DNA of 64,000 nucleotides from Octopus vulgaris (Eukaryota): contig OX597832.1 in NCBI GenBank assembly GCA_951406725.2, positions 50,468,001 to 50,532,000 of the forward strand. Reading direction: 5' to 3'. The notes beneath the pieces are model-generated. The model had not been told where the DNA came from. It saw only the letters and a program-made list of their open reading frames with translations, and did not search any database. The translations under genes and the position numbers were made by a program. This document shows positions 27,401 through 42,604 of this stretch, in pieces; within the stretch, counting starts at the first letter, position 1; each line of letters begins with the position of its first letter.

Positions 27401-30400
27401 AATGCCTTTTCATTAACTTTGATACATGGAAATTATATAGAAGCCCATCATATATATATATCGTGCTGGTGGCACATAAAAAGCACCAACCGATCATGGC
27501 TGTTCACCAGCCTCCCCTGGCACCTTTGCCGGTGGCACGTAAAAAGCACCCACTACACTCACGGAGTAGTTGGCATTAGGAAGGGCATCCAGCTGTAGAA
27601 ACACTGCCAGATCAAGACTGAAGCCTGGTGCAGCCTCCTGGCTTCCCAGACCCTGGTCGAACCGTCCAACCCATGCTAGCATGGAAAACGGGCGTTAAAC
27701 AATGATGATATATATATGTATATATATATATATATGTTCGTGTGTGTATGTGTCTATGTTTATGTTTGTTGCCCACCACTGTATGACAACCAGTGTTGGT
27801 TTATTTATGTTCCTGTAACTTAACAGTTCTGTAAAAGAGACCAAAAGAATAAGTACCAGATTTAAAAGAAAAAAAAGTATTTGGGGTTGATTTGTTTGAC
27901 TAAATTTTAGAGGTTTAACTGAACAAATAGTCATTTGTTTCGGTCATTGGACTGCATACTGTAGTCTAATGACCGAAACAAGTAAAGAGGGAGAGATATG
28001 TGTTTGCATGTACAAAGACAAACATTTAAACTTACTTTGATTCCTGACAGCATAACTGTGACGTAATCAAAGTTGGGCAACAAAAATGCACGTACAGTGC
28101 AACCATCACGCACATGCTCAATCACAGCTGAAATTTAAGACAAAAGATTACACAGATTAAAAAATAAGCAAACATCTTCAAAAATATCAATATGAGATTG
28201 ATTTTAAAAATACAGAAATTGAGCCATATATATTTCTTATATTTTTATTGCCCACAAGGGGCTAAACATAGAGGGGACAAACAAAGGGATTAAGTCAATT
28301 ACATCGACCCCAGTGCATAAGTGGTACTTAATTTATCGACCCTGAAAGGATGAAAGGCAAAGTCGACCTCGGCGGAATTTGAACACAGAATGTAGCAGTA
28401 GATGAAATACCGCTAAGCATTTCACCCAGCGTGCTAATGTTTCTGCCAGCTCGCCGCCTTAAATATTATATATATATATATATATAGATATATAATAAAA
28501 TATATTTCTTATATATATTTTTGCTTGCATACCTGCATGTGTGTGTGCCATAAATTTACCATTTTTTAATGTCTACTTTTCCATCCTTGCATCAGATGGA
28601 ATTTAAACCAGATTTTCTAAACCCAGATGCCCTTCCTGTCACCAAACCCTCACCCATTTCCCATAGTCAGATATGATGAATTCAGAGAAAAATTGGAAAC
28701 AAAGGACACCGCTTCATAGATGTATGCATATATGTTTGTGTGGGGCCTTGTCTTGACATCATGTGATGGTTGTAAAAGACCATCAGTCATACAATTATTT
28801 TCCAGTATTCTATGAAAAACATGTCTTGCTGTGGCAATCCTATTAACTCTTTTGATACCAACCTGGCTGAAACTGCCTCTGGCTTTTTAGTACAAATGTC
28901 TTGTTTTCATAAGTTTTGAATTAAAATCTTCCACCAAACCTTAGTCACAGTTTATGTTCCTAACACTAGCTGAATGATAACTAAGTTATTTTACTAAAGT
29001 CTTTGTTATATTTAAAGTAATTGAAACAAACATAGAGCATCTCAAAATAAATACGGTAACAAAAGGGGTAACTCACTCAGAAACTGGTGAGGGTAGAAGA
29101 CAAAAAGGGCATCTGGCCATGGAAAATCTGCCTCAGTAAATTCCATTCGACCCATATAAGTGAATGTTAAATGATGATGATGATGAAAACATTGAGACCT
29201 ACAGCTTACCTTCAACTGGTTTATAGTGATGAGATTCAACAAAATTGCGTGGATTTTCACATGTCCACTTAATGTTTCGAATGTGGTCATTGGCTGTACC
29301 AGTGGCCCACTTTCCTTTCCCTGCAGACTTGGCATTTTCTTCTAATTGTATCAGTTTTTGTTGACTTTCACTGCATCAAACAAAAGGAGAGGAAAAAAAT
29401 TACTGGGGGAAGAAAAAAGAAAAATCCAACTTTTACACATCTTTGAACAGTGTTATGTATCTTTTAACTTTTGTTTCCGTCATTAGACTGTGGCCATGCT
29501 GGAGCACCACCTTGAAGAATTTAAGTCGGATGAATCGCCCCCAGTACTTACTTTTTAAAGCCTAGTATTTATTCTATTGGTGTTTTTAGCCGAACCATTA
29601 AGTCACTGGTTGACAAGTGATGGTCATGGGGACAGACACACACACACAACAAACTTCTTTCAGTTTCTTATTTCTTTATTGCCCACAAGGGGCTAAACAT
29701 AGAGGGGGAAAACAAGGACAAACAAACGGATTAAGTCAATTACATCGGCCCCAGTGCGTAACTGGTACTGAATTTATCGACCCCCAAAAGGATGAAAGGC
29801 AAAGTTAACCGTGACAGAGTTTGAACTCAGAACATAGTGGCAGACAAAATACCGCTAAGCATTTCGCCTGGCGTGCTAACGTTTCTGCCATTTTGCCACC
29901 TTTCAGTTTCTGTCTACCAAATCCATTCACAAGGCTTTGGTTGGCCCAAAGCTAGAGTAGAAGATACTTGCCCAAGGTGCCACATAGTGGAACTGAACTC
30001 AGAACGATGTGGTTGGGAAGTAAACTGCTTACTACACAGCCACACCTTCACCTGTAAGTATGTATGTTATTGTTAGGCTATTTTGCTAATGATAAAATTA
30101 AAAAAATATTTTAAAAGCTGTTAATTTATAAACCAGATATAGCTCTAATGTGTTCCTCTATTTAATTCATTCAGTTATAATATCATAAGTCTGGATTTTT
30201 AGCAAACAAAAATTACATCAATGTGCAGTGAGTGTATCTGGGATAAATCAACAAAGCAGAGGCCATTTGTTACTAAGCCATGCGCATCCACTATACCTAT
30301 TTATAACCAGATGGATTATTCTATAATTAAGTTACTGTGGACACAATGTAGTAAATGTACTTTGGACTCTTCAGTCAGCAGCCTATTGACCAGTCCAGCT

Positions 30401-33400
30401 GAAACTACTGTCCCACTTAACCCTTTCGATACCAACCCGGCTGAAACGGTCTCTGGCTCTCTAGTACAAATATCTTGTTTTCTTAAGTTTTGAATTAAAA
30501 TTTTCCACCTTAGTCACAATTTATGTTCCTAACATTAGCTTAATGATAACTAAGTCATTTTACTAAATTTTTTGTTATATTTAAAATTAATAGAAAGAAA
30601 CACAGAGCATCTCAAAATAAATACGGTAACGAAAGGGTTAACATTAAAAAAGTAGTTTGGCACCTATTTTCAGCTGCACTGATGGAAGTAAGCATGGCAA
30701 AGCAGCAGAATTTGAACTTGTAACATTTTGGTCCAGAATGCTAAAAATCCAGTAGAATGATGAAAATTTCAAATAGAATTATTAAATGTATTCATATTAC
30801 AAACTCACACAATCTACTTGAATTACAATAAATAAATTCTGATCCATTTGGTTCCAAGCTGAAACGCATCTTTATTCATCACAAGTGTCAGATCAGCTCT
30901 TCAAATTTCAAAAGTTATATATAATATATAATGAAATTATTGTATACAGTGCTCAGGTGCACCACAACTTGTCAGAAAGTGCGTATAGAGTACATGCAGT
31001 AATGTAAAAATGTCTGGAAAGCGAACAGTGTATGAGTCAGATACATGCTTGTGCATGTATGGAGGGGAGAAAATCAGGTGTAGTGTTGGTGAATCTCAGA
31101 AAGCATGGAAGTTTTGAAGGATGCAGTGCTCTGACAACTAACAACTGATGCCGGCAGTTTGTTCCATGCTTCAGCAACTCTCAGCGTGAAAAAATGTTTC
31201 CTGAAGTCATGGGAGCTGTGCTGCTTTCTGACTTTGTAAATATGTCCACGGGTGTTAGACGGGTGGAGTTTGAAAAGGTGCTCAGAGTTATTGTTTGTAC
31301 GATGGTTGATAATTTTATCAACTTAACACTTTGTTAACCCTTTTAACCTTTGTTAATCTGACTGAGACGGCCTACACTAAAATCTTGATTAAAATCTCCT
31401 AACATTAATGATAGATAAGCTGAGGTTTCTGTAATTTATAGGAATATATATATAAAGTTTGAGGAAATTTAACCCTTTTAATACCAAGCCCTTGATTATA
31501 TGATACAAACTCCCTGTTTCAAAATGATCTAAATTAAAAATTGAATCAAAATTTCGTATTAATTTCAGTTCCAAACACGAACTTAAAAATGACTAAACTG
31601 TTTTATTAAACTCTTTGTTATTTTCAAAATTAAGTGAAATGAAAACTGTTTCAATAGAAATATGGTAATGAAAGGATAAAGAAACACTGTTTGTAATGCA
31701 AAAGTCTTCTTTTTAACCCTTTAGTGTTCAGATTATTCAACCAAACATAATGCTTATTGATTCCCATTGATTTGAATTAATCATGCATTATCTCATATCT
31801 TCAAGATCTTGATGGTGTAATTACTTAATGTAGAATAACATTGTAGGGTAGGTGTGACAGCCTGGATCTGGTCAGTTTGAACATAAAACAGATTAAATAT
31901 TTTGGCCGGATATGGCCGGTTTAAATGATAATTAACTGAAACACTCAAGCAGTTTACTTGCTGGGTATAATCACAAAGAAGCCAAGCATTTGTAGAACAA
32001 ATACAGTATACATACTCAGATGGTTTCAAACCGCCTCGCCTTACTTCTACTAGACCTTCAGATATCAATGATTCAGTCATATTCTCTCGAGAATTATCTG
32101 GAACATTCAAATTAAGATACAATCAAGTCAATTACAGTTACGTCATCATGTCTGAACAACCTAAATCAAATTAAATATTTTTACTAATAATTTCAATGTT
32201 GATTTCTCTTACAAACCATTAATATCTTTTACAAATACTATAGCTTTTGAAACAATGGCATTTAAGATATTGGACACAGAGTAGGAACAGCATTAGCCAT
32301 TCTTCTCATCTAAAATAAAATAAAGAAACAGTTGAAGATCAGTACAACTGAACTTTTACATTTTCATAATATCACAAGAGATGAGACAAGTAATGTTCAT
32401 CTCCATAATGAACATTATAGAGATGAACATACCTCTCACCTTTCTCAAGGACATTAGCAACCTAATTACAATTCAAATATATTGTTAGTGAAAAATACTA
32501 AGAAAATTAATTTTAGCAATTACATATGATATTTAATGAGCTATCTACCAACACCACTAAGCCTGTAAAATATTCATTTTTACTACATTGGTTGCTTCAA
32601 AACCGTAAGATATCTGTACAGTTTTTTTTAGAGCCAAGCAGATGTGCAACCATTGAGGTATGAGATTAATGGTTACGTGACTGCAAGATGAGAAAAAAGA
32701 AAAAAAAAACACTGCTAGCTAGAAGGATTTGAGTTAAAAGCTAACATCCACCAAAGTCAGGACATCCTACATCAAACTTCAATACTTTTAATCTGGTACT
32801 TGTTTCACTGACTGTGGTAATACAAAAAGCTAAATGAGCCAAGATGGGATCTGTATTAATTGAACTGCTCAGTCCAGATAATCAAAGAGTCCTAATAGAT
32901 TATTTGAACAAATGGTGTTAGCTATGCTATATCATAACAGATGCAATTCAGATAGTAATTTTCTCAGAACACAACACAAAACGAATTAATCAAAATAAGT
33001 GATTGCTTAGCATAATAATACACAAAATATAAATATCCATTATTTATTTAATTCTCATCTCCATTTCATGTCCTTTACTAAAACTTATAAAATTTGAATG
33101 CAAATGGTATTAAAATTGCATTGAATTTGTTAAATTTTGATCTTTAGATTAAGTCTTTCGGATCTTTTCGGTTTGAACGGCAATTTTTAACATAATTTCT
33201 AGGTAACTAAAAAATTTTAAACTTCATATACTGGTAGAATGCGTTTATAAAACATCTTTTTCTCTTGGCTTTATTGAGAAAATTCTATAGTTTGTAAGAT
33301 ATTTGCTGTTTTTTTTTCTTCAATTTCTGCAATTTCAACCAATCGATGATGTCCATTGAGTTAAAAAGCATTTTGTGCCATATGAATATGTCCCTTGTTT

Positions 33401-36400
33401 AAGAAACAGATTGGGTTTATTTACATTTGTGAAGGAAAAAAGATACCCTTTCCCCACCCTTAACCCTAACCAACCCTAAACCCTAAAACAGATTGAAATG
33501 CAATAGATCGATACTAGGGTCATAATTATGGGTGACAATTTCATATGACACCGCTAGAAAAAACTGCCGTTCAAACCAAAAAGATCCAGTCTTTCTTTTG
33601 TTCATTTTTTTTTTTTTACCTGAAGAAATTATTTTACTGGATATTAGCCCCATCAATCCCACCAGTACAGAAAGACCTGTAAAAGCCATAGATATACTTC
33701 CCCTCCTTGCTTGCCTAATTTAGAAAACAAGATAATAAAAAATGCTTAGATCAAAATATGATGTATGATATTTGATGACAGTATTTTCATTTCTCTTAAG
33801 AAACAATTGCACACTTACCTGATCCAATGTAGATACATCCATATTCTCTATTTGTACCTGGAACAGTGTATTCCACAGTGAAAGTCACTTCAAGGCCTAT
33901 TAACCTCTTACGAAGATATTCTCTGGCTTCCCAAGCATAAGGCTTTAAAGAAATAACAACACAAAATCAGGATGGTACACCAAGAGTTAACTGAGCAGAA
34001 GAAACAATTTTTCAAATTTCCAATATTTGGAGGAACACAACATTAAGAGAATTATATAGTTGTTAGCAGACTTGACTTGCTAATAACAGGCATCAAATCT
34101 TCACCATAACCTTTTTGGTATTGTATTTCTATTCAACTACAGTGACTTTGTTTCCATTAATTTTTGAAAATAATGAAGTATTTGGCAAAATAACTGTCAC
34201 TGAAGTTTGTATCATAGAACCATCATCATTTAATGTCCACTTTCCCATGCTTGCATGAGTCAAATGGAATATGTTGAGGCAGATTTTTCTAAGGCCAGAT
34301 AGTTTTTCACCTGTTTCCAAACAAGGTAATCTTTTTCCATAACTGGACATATTTTACACAGAAGACTGGAAACAAACAACCTCATTTGTATCACTGTGGT
34401 GCATGGCTCAGTGGTTAGAATGTCAGATTCACAATCATAAGATAGTTCAATTCCCGGACCAGGCTGTGTGTTGTGTTCTTGAGCAAGACACTTTATTTCA
34501 TATTGCTCCAGTTCACTCAGCTATAGAACAGGTAATAACAGGTATCAAATCTTCACCATAACCTTTTTGTTATTGCATTTCTATTAAACTACAGTGACTT
34601 TGTTTCCATTAATTTTCGAAAATAATGAAGTATTTGGCAAAATAACTTTGTCACTAAATCATCATCATCAACATTTAACATCCATTTTCCATGCTAGCAA
34701 ATGTTACACGGCTTAACAGGAACTGGCAAGGTGAGGAACCAACCAGGTTCTATAGTCTCTATAAGGCGGCGAGCTGGCAGAAACGTTAGCACGCTGGGCA
34801 AAATGTTTAGCGGTATTTCGTCTGCCGTTACGCTCCAAGTTCAAATTCCGCCAAGGTCGACTTTGCCTTTTGTCCTTTCGGGGACGATAAATTAAGTACC
34901 AGTTATGCACTGGGGTCGATGTAATCGACTTAATCTGTTTGTCCCCTCTGTGTTTAGCCCCTTGTGGGTAGTAAAGAAATAGGTTCTATAGTCTCTTTTG
35001 GCTTGGTTTCTAGGGCTGGGTGTTCATCCTAATGACACCCATTTTACAGAGTGCACTGGGTGCTGAATTTTGATGAAAGGTTTTGATTTAAATTACATTA
35101 AAGTGTGAAGTTTGTATCATAGAACTAAGAGCAGTTTCAGGCAGATTGGTATCAAAAGGATTAATTCATTTACTAGGTCTTTACTACAAACATTACTTGA
35201 TTCAATTCTGAATTACATTTTATATGTAATGCAAACTGAAAGTAGACATTATCTAAAGGACTTGATCTAAATAATATTCCATAATCAACCGGGCACCATT
35301 GATGGCTTCATCTTGATGCAATGAATCAAAAGAAAATACACCGTTTTGCTTCCTCCAGAGAATTGCAGAAGAATCGAACCATGTACTGTAAGCATACAAA
35401 ACCTCTCTCAATTGTCCTGTGTCCTAGCTGTTAAACCTTGTGAATTTTAGTATTATATGGCACCAATTGTGAAGTGGGCCATTGAGTGTTGAAATGTCAT
35501 TAACAATAACATAACAGTACTTGTGAAAAAATGCATGCTTTTCAAGTAGCAGACAGCCAGCCTATTGAATCAGACAATTGTAATTAGACCATATGATGAT
35601 GATCATCATTTACTGTGTACTGAGTGCTGAATTTTGATAGAAGGTTTTGATTTAAATTACATTAAAGCACAAAGTTTGTATCATAGAACCATCATCGTTT
35701 AATGTCCACTTTCCCATGCTTGCATGAGTCAAATGGAATATGTCGAGGCAGATTTTTCTAAGGCCAGACAGCCTTTCACCTGTTTCCAAACAAGGTAATA
35801 TTTTTCCATAACTAGACATTTTTCACAGAAGACTGGAAACAAACAACTTCATTTGTATCACTGTGGTGCATGCCTCAGTGGTTAGAGTGTCAGATTCACA
35901 ATTGTAAGATAGTTCAATTCCCGGACCAGGCTGTGTTCTTGAGCAAGACACTTTATTTCATATTGCTCTAGTTCACTCAGCTATAGAAATGAGTTGCATC
36001 GTAACTGGTGCCAAGCTGTATCAGCCTTCCCTTGGATAACATCAATGGACAACAGCTTATCTTCCATAAACAAATTTGCCCAGACTTGTATCTCAGAGGG
36101 GAGCATTCTAGGTGCAATCTCATGGTACTTATATTTTTTAAGTCTGGTATAGGTACATACATAAACATCCATACATATTTCTCTTTTTACTTGTTTCAGT
36201 CATTTTGACTGCAGCCATGCTGGAGCATCACCTTTAATCGAGCAACTCGACCCCGGGACTTATTCTTTGTAAGCCCAGTACTTATTCTATCGGTCTCTTT
36301 TGCCGAACCGCTAAGTGACGGGGACGTAAACACACCAGCATCAGTTGTCAAGCAATGCTAGGGGGACAAACACAGACACACAAACATACACGCACATACA

Positions 36401-39400
36401 TATATATATACATATATATGACGGGCTTCTTTCAGTTTCCATCTACCAAATCCACTCACAAGGCTTTGGTCAGCCCAAGGCTATAGTAGAAGACAGTTGC
36501 CCAAGGTGCCACGCAGTGGGATTGAACCCAGAACCATGTGGTTGGTAAGCAAGCTACTTACCACACAGCCACTCCTGCGCCTATGTATGTATGTATGTAT
36601 GCAATTATAAACCGGGCTCTTTTTCAGTTTGTCAACCAAATCCACTCCTAAGGGTTTGGTGGACCTAGGGTTGTATAGAAGACACCTACCCAAGGTGTTG
36701 CACAGTGAACACCTGGTTGGGAAGCAAGTTTATTAACCACTCAGCCACGCATGTGCTATAACAAACATAGAAAATCAAAAAAATTGTTTACCTCATCTTT
36801 TGTTTCTTTCGGATTAGCCCTACGAGCTAACCTGGGAGCTGTAATATTTGACAGACATATAGTTCGTTCTTTGGGAGGTCCACCACGTGGTTGACCCCGA
36901 ATAACAACAGCATCACCTGACAAAATCTGTAATGAAAAAATAAATGACAGTTAATCAGTATTCGACCATTATGAATCAATTCTTAAAACCAAACTGTTAA
37001 AGGGGTTGAGGTAGTACAAATCAACTAAACAAATGCAGAAGTCAAATGTCTCGTGTGATCAGTTTTCTCCAAACAACATAGGGGGTCACTGCTGCTGTGT
37101 TTAAATTTATTTACAAGTGAACCAGAAATCTGAAGTGCTTTGGTGAAATATCTAATCTTTGTATTTAATGATACATTAATATTTTGAACATAACTTTACC
37201 AAAACCATTTGCTTATTTATAATTCAGAAAAAAAATTATAATCTAAATATGAACATTTGAGTTATTTTAAGCAGTTTGATATCCTGGGAGCAAAGATATA
37301 ATTTCAGGCAGCCCAAGAGATAGAAAACTGTCCCTCCTTCCCATGTTATAGCCGATCTGGTGAGAATTCGAAAAGAACAACATTCAAAAGACATTCACTC
37401 CAATATTTTCCAATAATGGCAAAAGTGCTAATGAAATAATGCAAATATCCATATTGTCCTTGCAAAACAAAGGAAAATAATGGGATCTTTTCGGTTTGAC
37501 CAGCAGTTTTTTCTAGCGGTGTCATATGAAATTGTCACCCATAATTATGACCCTAGTATCGATCTATTGCATTTCAATCTGTTTTAGGGTTAAAGTTAGG
37601 ATTAGGGATGGGGGGAAGGGTATCTTTTTTTTCTTCAGAAATATAAATAAACCCAATCTGTTTCTTAAACGAGGGACGTTTTCATACGGCACAGAATGTT
37701 TTCACCTCAATAGACATCATTGATTGGTTGAAATTGCAGAAAAAAAACCAACAAATATCTTACAAACTATAGAATGTTTTCAATAAAGCCAAGAGAAAAA
37801 GATGTTTTATAAACACATTCTACCAGTATATGAAGTTTAAAAGTGTTTAGTTACGTGGAAATTATTTAAAAAAACTGCCGATCAAATCGAAAAGATCCAA
37901 ATAATGAATAATATGATAATGGTTTTTCAACAAATTCTCATGTATCGCATCATCAGTATTCTCACAGTTGCTTTTTCTATGTCGGCACATGTCAGACAAG
38001 GCTTCTTGAGACAGAATTCAATGGCCAGGTGCCAAACTATGCTTGTTTTCAAGTAAGAAGACACCCTTCTTAGAAAACAACTGGCCTTCACACTTCAAAA
38101 CTACCAATGTGAAGATATACACACACACACACACACATACATACAACTGGCTTCTGTACAGTTTCCATTAAGAAAATTTCACCGAGAAAGAATTAGTTGG
38201 CCCAGGGCTACATAGGAAAACATTCATCCTTGATGCCATAAAGTGAGATTGAACACGAAATCATGTAGTTGCCAAGCAAACTTCTAATTTGAAGGACACA
38301 CAAAAATAAAACCATTTACGCCAGAGCCAAGAAATATATTTTCGATATTTTTCTATGATTCTCTGACAATGTAATTTACCACTGTTGTGTCTGACCATAG
38401 ACTAATGTCTATAAGCAATAACATTATCATTATGATGAAGATAACAAGCTGGCAGAATCAACACATTGGACAAAATGCTTAGTGGCATTTTTTGGGGGTT
38501 TTATATTTTGTGCACAAACCCTGCTGAGGTCAAGAATGCCTTTTATCCTTTTGGGATTGATAAACCTGTTGAGCACTAACATCAACATAATCAGCTTCTC
38601 CCTCACCTCAAAATTGCTGGCTTTGTCCCAAAATTTGAAACCAGTATTATTATTGTTCTTCACTCCTGCTCCAGAGTGTAGGCTGCAGGGTCACTCCGAA
38701 AAGCTCTATCTGCGACGATTTCATCTCAATCGAAGGAGAGGGGCTTTCTCTGTGGAATAAGCTGCCGGACGAGATAGTGAAGATGCCGACAACCACTCGG
38801 TTCAAAGTCTCTCTTGACCAGAAATGGCCTGAACTCTTTGCATGAACACCCCTGTACATAACTCCATGTCCCCCTACATGGCCTTGCTTTTTGCTTTTTG
38901 AGCCAAAAAAATTAACTTAACTTTAAATATTGTAGTGTCTCCCTTTAACTGACGTAAACCCCATCTCTTTTTGTGTGCTGTATTTCATCCTTTGATAATG
39001 TTGTTCATGTCTTGGGCCCTTGTGGCTAATAAAAGAAATCTTCATTACTATTATTAAGGTGATGAGCTGGCAGAATCATTAGCATGTCAGGCAAACTGCT
39101 AAGCAACATTTCACCCAGCTTCATGTTCTGAGTTCAAATTCCACCAAGGTCAATTTTGCCTTTCATCTTTCCAGGACTGATAAAACAAGTATCAGCTGAG
39201 CACTAGCGTTGATATAACTGACTTAATCCCTCTCCTAAAAATTCCAAGCCTTGTACCTATAATTATTATTATTATAAAAAGCCCTTAATCAGTAACTTCA
39301 GAACGTATCAGTGCATTTAGTCTTTTCACTTTGTGCCCAAACTTATATCCTTTTGTAATGTGGTGTCTGTACCAAGTGATTAACCCTCAACCAAGGAGTT

Positions 39401-41958
39401 CACGGAAAAATAGACTTTATTACTTGACACCTCGAGCGTATTAACATTACTAGATGTACACAAATGAATACAAGGATTCAGTCATCAGTAGTGTGGTTAA
39501 ACATCATTCGGTTTAACTTTCCCACCATCACAGGAGAAACCCTTTTGCAACCAAGTTTCTGAATTAAATTCATTGCTTATGTTTTTCAATTAATTTCGGA
39601 AATAATAAAGAATTTGAAAAAAAATTAGTAAAATAATAACTTGTGCATTCTAATTGTATATTACACAGATGTTTGGAATATAACTTAGTAAAAGACTAAC
39701 ATGAAATTACAATATACAGTTGATTTAACACTTCAGCATTTAAACTGGCCATAGAGACCGATAGAATAAGTACCAGGCTTACAAAGAATAAGTCCTGGGG
39801 TCGATTTGCACGACTAAATGCGGTGCTCCAGCATGGCCACAGTCAAATGACTGAAACAAGTAAAAGAGAAAAAGAGTGTAAAGAGTATATCTGGCCAAAA
39901 TGTTCTACCTATTTTAAGTTCAAACAGGCCAGATCCAGCCTCTCACACCCTTCCTACAATTGCATTCTAGAAATAACAATTATATAATTAAAATCACAAA
40001 GCTACGAGATAATGCATAATTTAAAACAATAAGCATTACATTTGACAGAATAATCTGAATGCTAAATGGTTGACCTTTTAGCATTTAGACCAGACATAGT
40101 TGGCCAAAATATTTTGTGGTTCAAATGTATAAAAAACAAAAGACAGAAACAAGGGTGGGAGCAACAAACAAGGTGTATTATTTTTACAGAAAAAAAAATG
40201 GAAAAGTCTTTGGTATTTTGAATCTATGCTTTTCAATAGAAAGGAATAAGGAAAGAAAGAAAATGGAAAGGGAAAAAAAAAACAGTGTCTGGATTAATGG
40301 TTCCATGTGTCAAAATATTCTGTTTTATATTCAAACTGGCCTATCACACTTAGCCGACAATATTATTCCAAAAATAAACACTCATATCACTGGAATCTTA
40401 AAGCTACAAGACAATGGATTATTAATTCAAACTGATCTGGATAAAGAAGTATTACACTTGACAAGAGTAATCTGAGTGCTAAAGGGTTCAGTATGAACTA
40501 TAAAATAAGACTTTGTATCATACAAACACAATTCGTTCTAAGTGGGTTAATATCAAATGGGTTGGGAGAATGAAAACATGGGATATTGAATTACCATAAT
40601 TACTTGTGCATAAGTTGCACCGTTTTATACTTGATTTTATCTGAAACAACTAAAGTGCAACATACACAGGGCAAAGCTAAAACTATAATGGGGAAAAGAT
40701 TTTGTACCAAGATTCAACACTAAATTAAGGGTGCAACACATTCATGTGCAAGTATGGTAATTGTTTTTCTATCTTCTCATGTAACAGACTGGCAAAGATT
40801 AGAGCAATTTAGTTTAAAAACATAAGCTAAGGAAAGAACTGCTACATGGCTGTCCAACCTGCTGGAAATAGCAGCAACGTTTTTACAACCCACCATTTAA
40901 AAACTATTGAACTAAGTAGCCACAGCTATACCATATAAAGAAATACAGGGTAGGTTGTGGTTAAGTTTAGTTTGCAATTATGTGATTTTGAATCACTTCC
41001 TAACAAACAGGTTCTTAGGAAACTATCTTCTGCCTGACTAAACAATACTTGATGAGTATTAACAGACAGAAGCTACATTGCAGCTCTTCAAATATATATC
41101 TTTTACTATTTCATTGTACTTGTTTCTGTCATTGGACTGCAGTCATGGTAGTGTTACTGCCTCGAAGGGTTTAATTGAACAGGCGCCCCGTAAAAGTGCC
41201 CACCACACTCTTTAAAGTGGTTGGCATTAGGAAGGGCACCCAGCTGTAGAAACCATGCCAAATTAGACTGGACCCTGGTGCAGGCCTCCAGCTTGCCAGT
41301 TATGGTCACAGCATCCAACCCATGCTAGCATAGACAACGGACACTGAATGAAGTTGAAATCAATCCCAGTACATTTTTTTTTAGTCTGCTACTAATCCTA
41401 CTGATCTCTGTTGCTGAACAACTAAGTTACATGAACGAAAATAAACCAACACCAGTTACCAAGAAATGACGGAGTGGGGTGCAAACACAAAGACATACAC
41501 ACTCACACATAATGGGCTTCGACACAGTTACCATCTATCGGATTCACTCACAGGGCATTGGTTGGCCCAAGGCTAAAGTAAAAAAGGAGAAAGCACTTGC
41601 TCAAAGTGCTATGTTGTGGGACTGAACCCAAAACCACATGGTTGCAACGCAAGCTTCTAATCGCACAACCATGCCTGCGCTTCTTGACCACACAACCACT
41701 ATGCCTGCACTATATATGTAAATATTCACACAGTCTTTTTTTACTTGTTTCAGTCATTTGCCTGTGGCCATGCTGGAGTGCCACCTTTAAGGGTTTTTTA
41801 GTCAAAGAAATCAACCCCAGGACTTATTCTTTGTAAGCCTAGTATTTATTCTATTGGTCTCTTTTGCCGACTGCTAAGTTATGGAGTCATGGGGATGTAA
41901 ATACACCAGTTGTCAAGTGATGGTAGGGGGACAAACAAAGGCACAAAGACACATGCAC

Positions 41959-41999
<41 letters not shown>

Positions 42000-42553
42000 A
42001 ACATACATACACATGGCAGGCTTCTTTCAGTTTTTGTCTACAAGAGCCACTCACAAGGCTTCAATTGGCCCAAGGCTATAGTAGAAGACACTTGCCTAAG
42101 GAGGTGCCATACAGAGAGACTGAACTTGGAACCATGTGATTGGAAAGCAGAATTGCTAACCCACGGCCACATCTATATATATATACGACATTTTCTAAAC
42201 AAACTTTGGAAGCATCAAATGCGGTTGGTATTTTGCAGGCAAGAAAGTAAATTTCCAATGCAGTAAAGCTGTAAGAACAGCAGAGAAAGTTTGGGCATTT
42301 TACCCTCATAAGGCAAAAAAGTTGCTAGCAGGCATACCCATCTTTTTCCACTTTTCTTAAAGCTTTACTACATTTGAAATTTATTATATATAGGCACAGG
42401 AGTGGCTGTGTGGTAAGTAGCTTGCTAACCAACCACATGGTTCTGTGTTCAGTCCCACTGCGTGGCATCTTGGGCAAGTGTCTTCTGCTATAGCCCCGGG
42501 CCGACCAATGCCTTGTGAGTGGATTTGGTAGACGGAAACTGAAAGAAGCCTGT

Positions 42554-42604
<51 letters not shown>

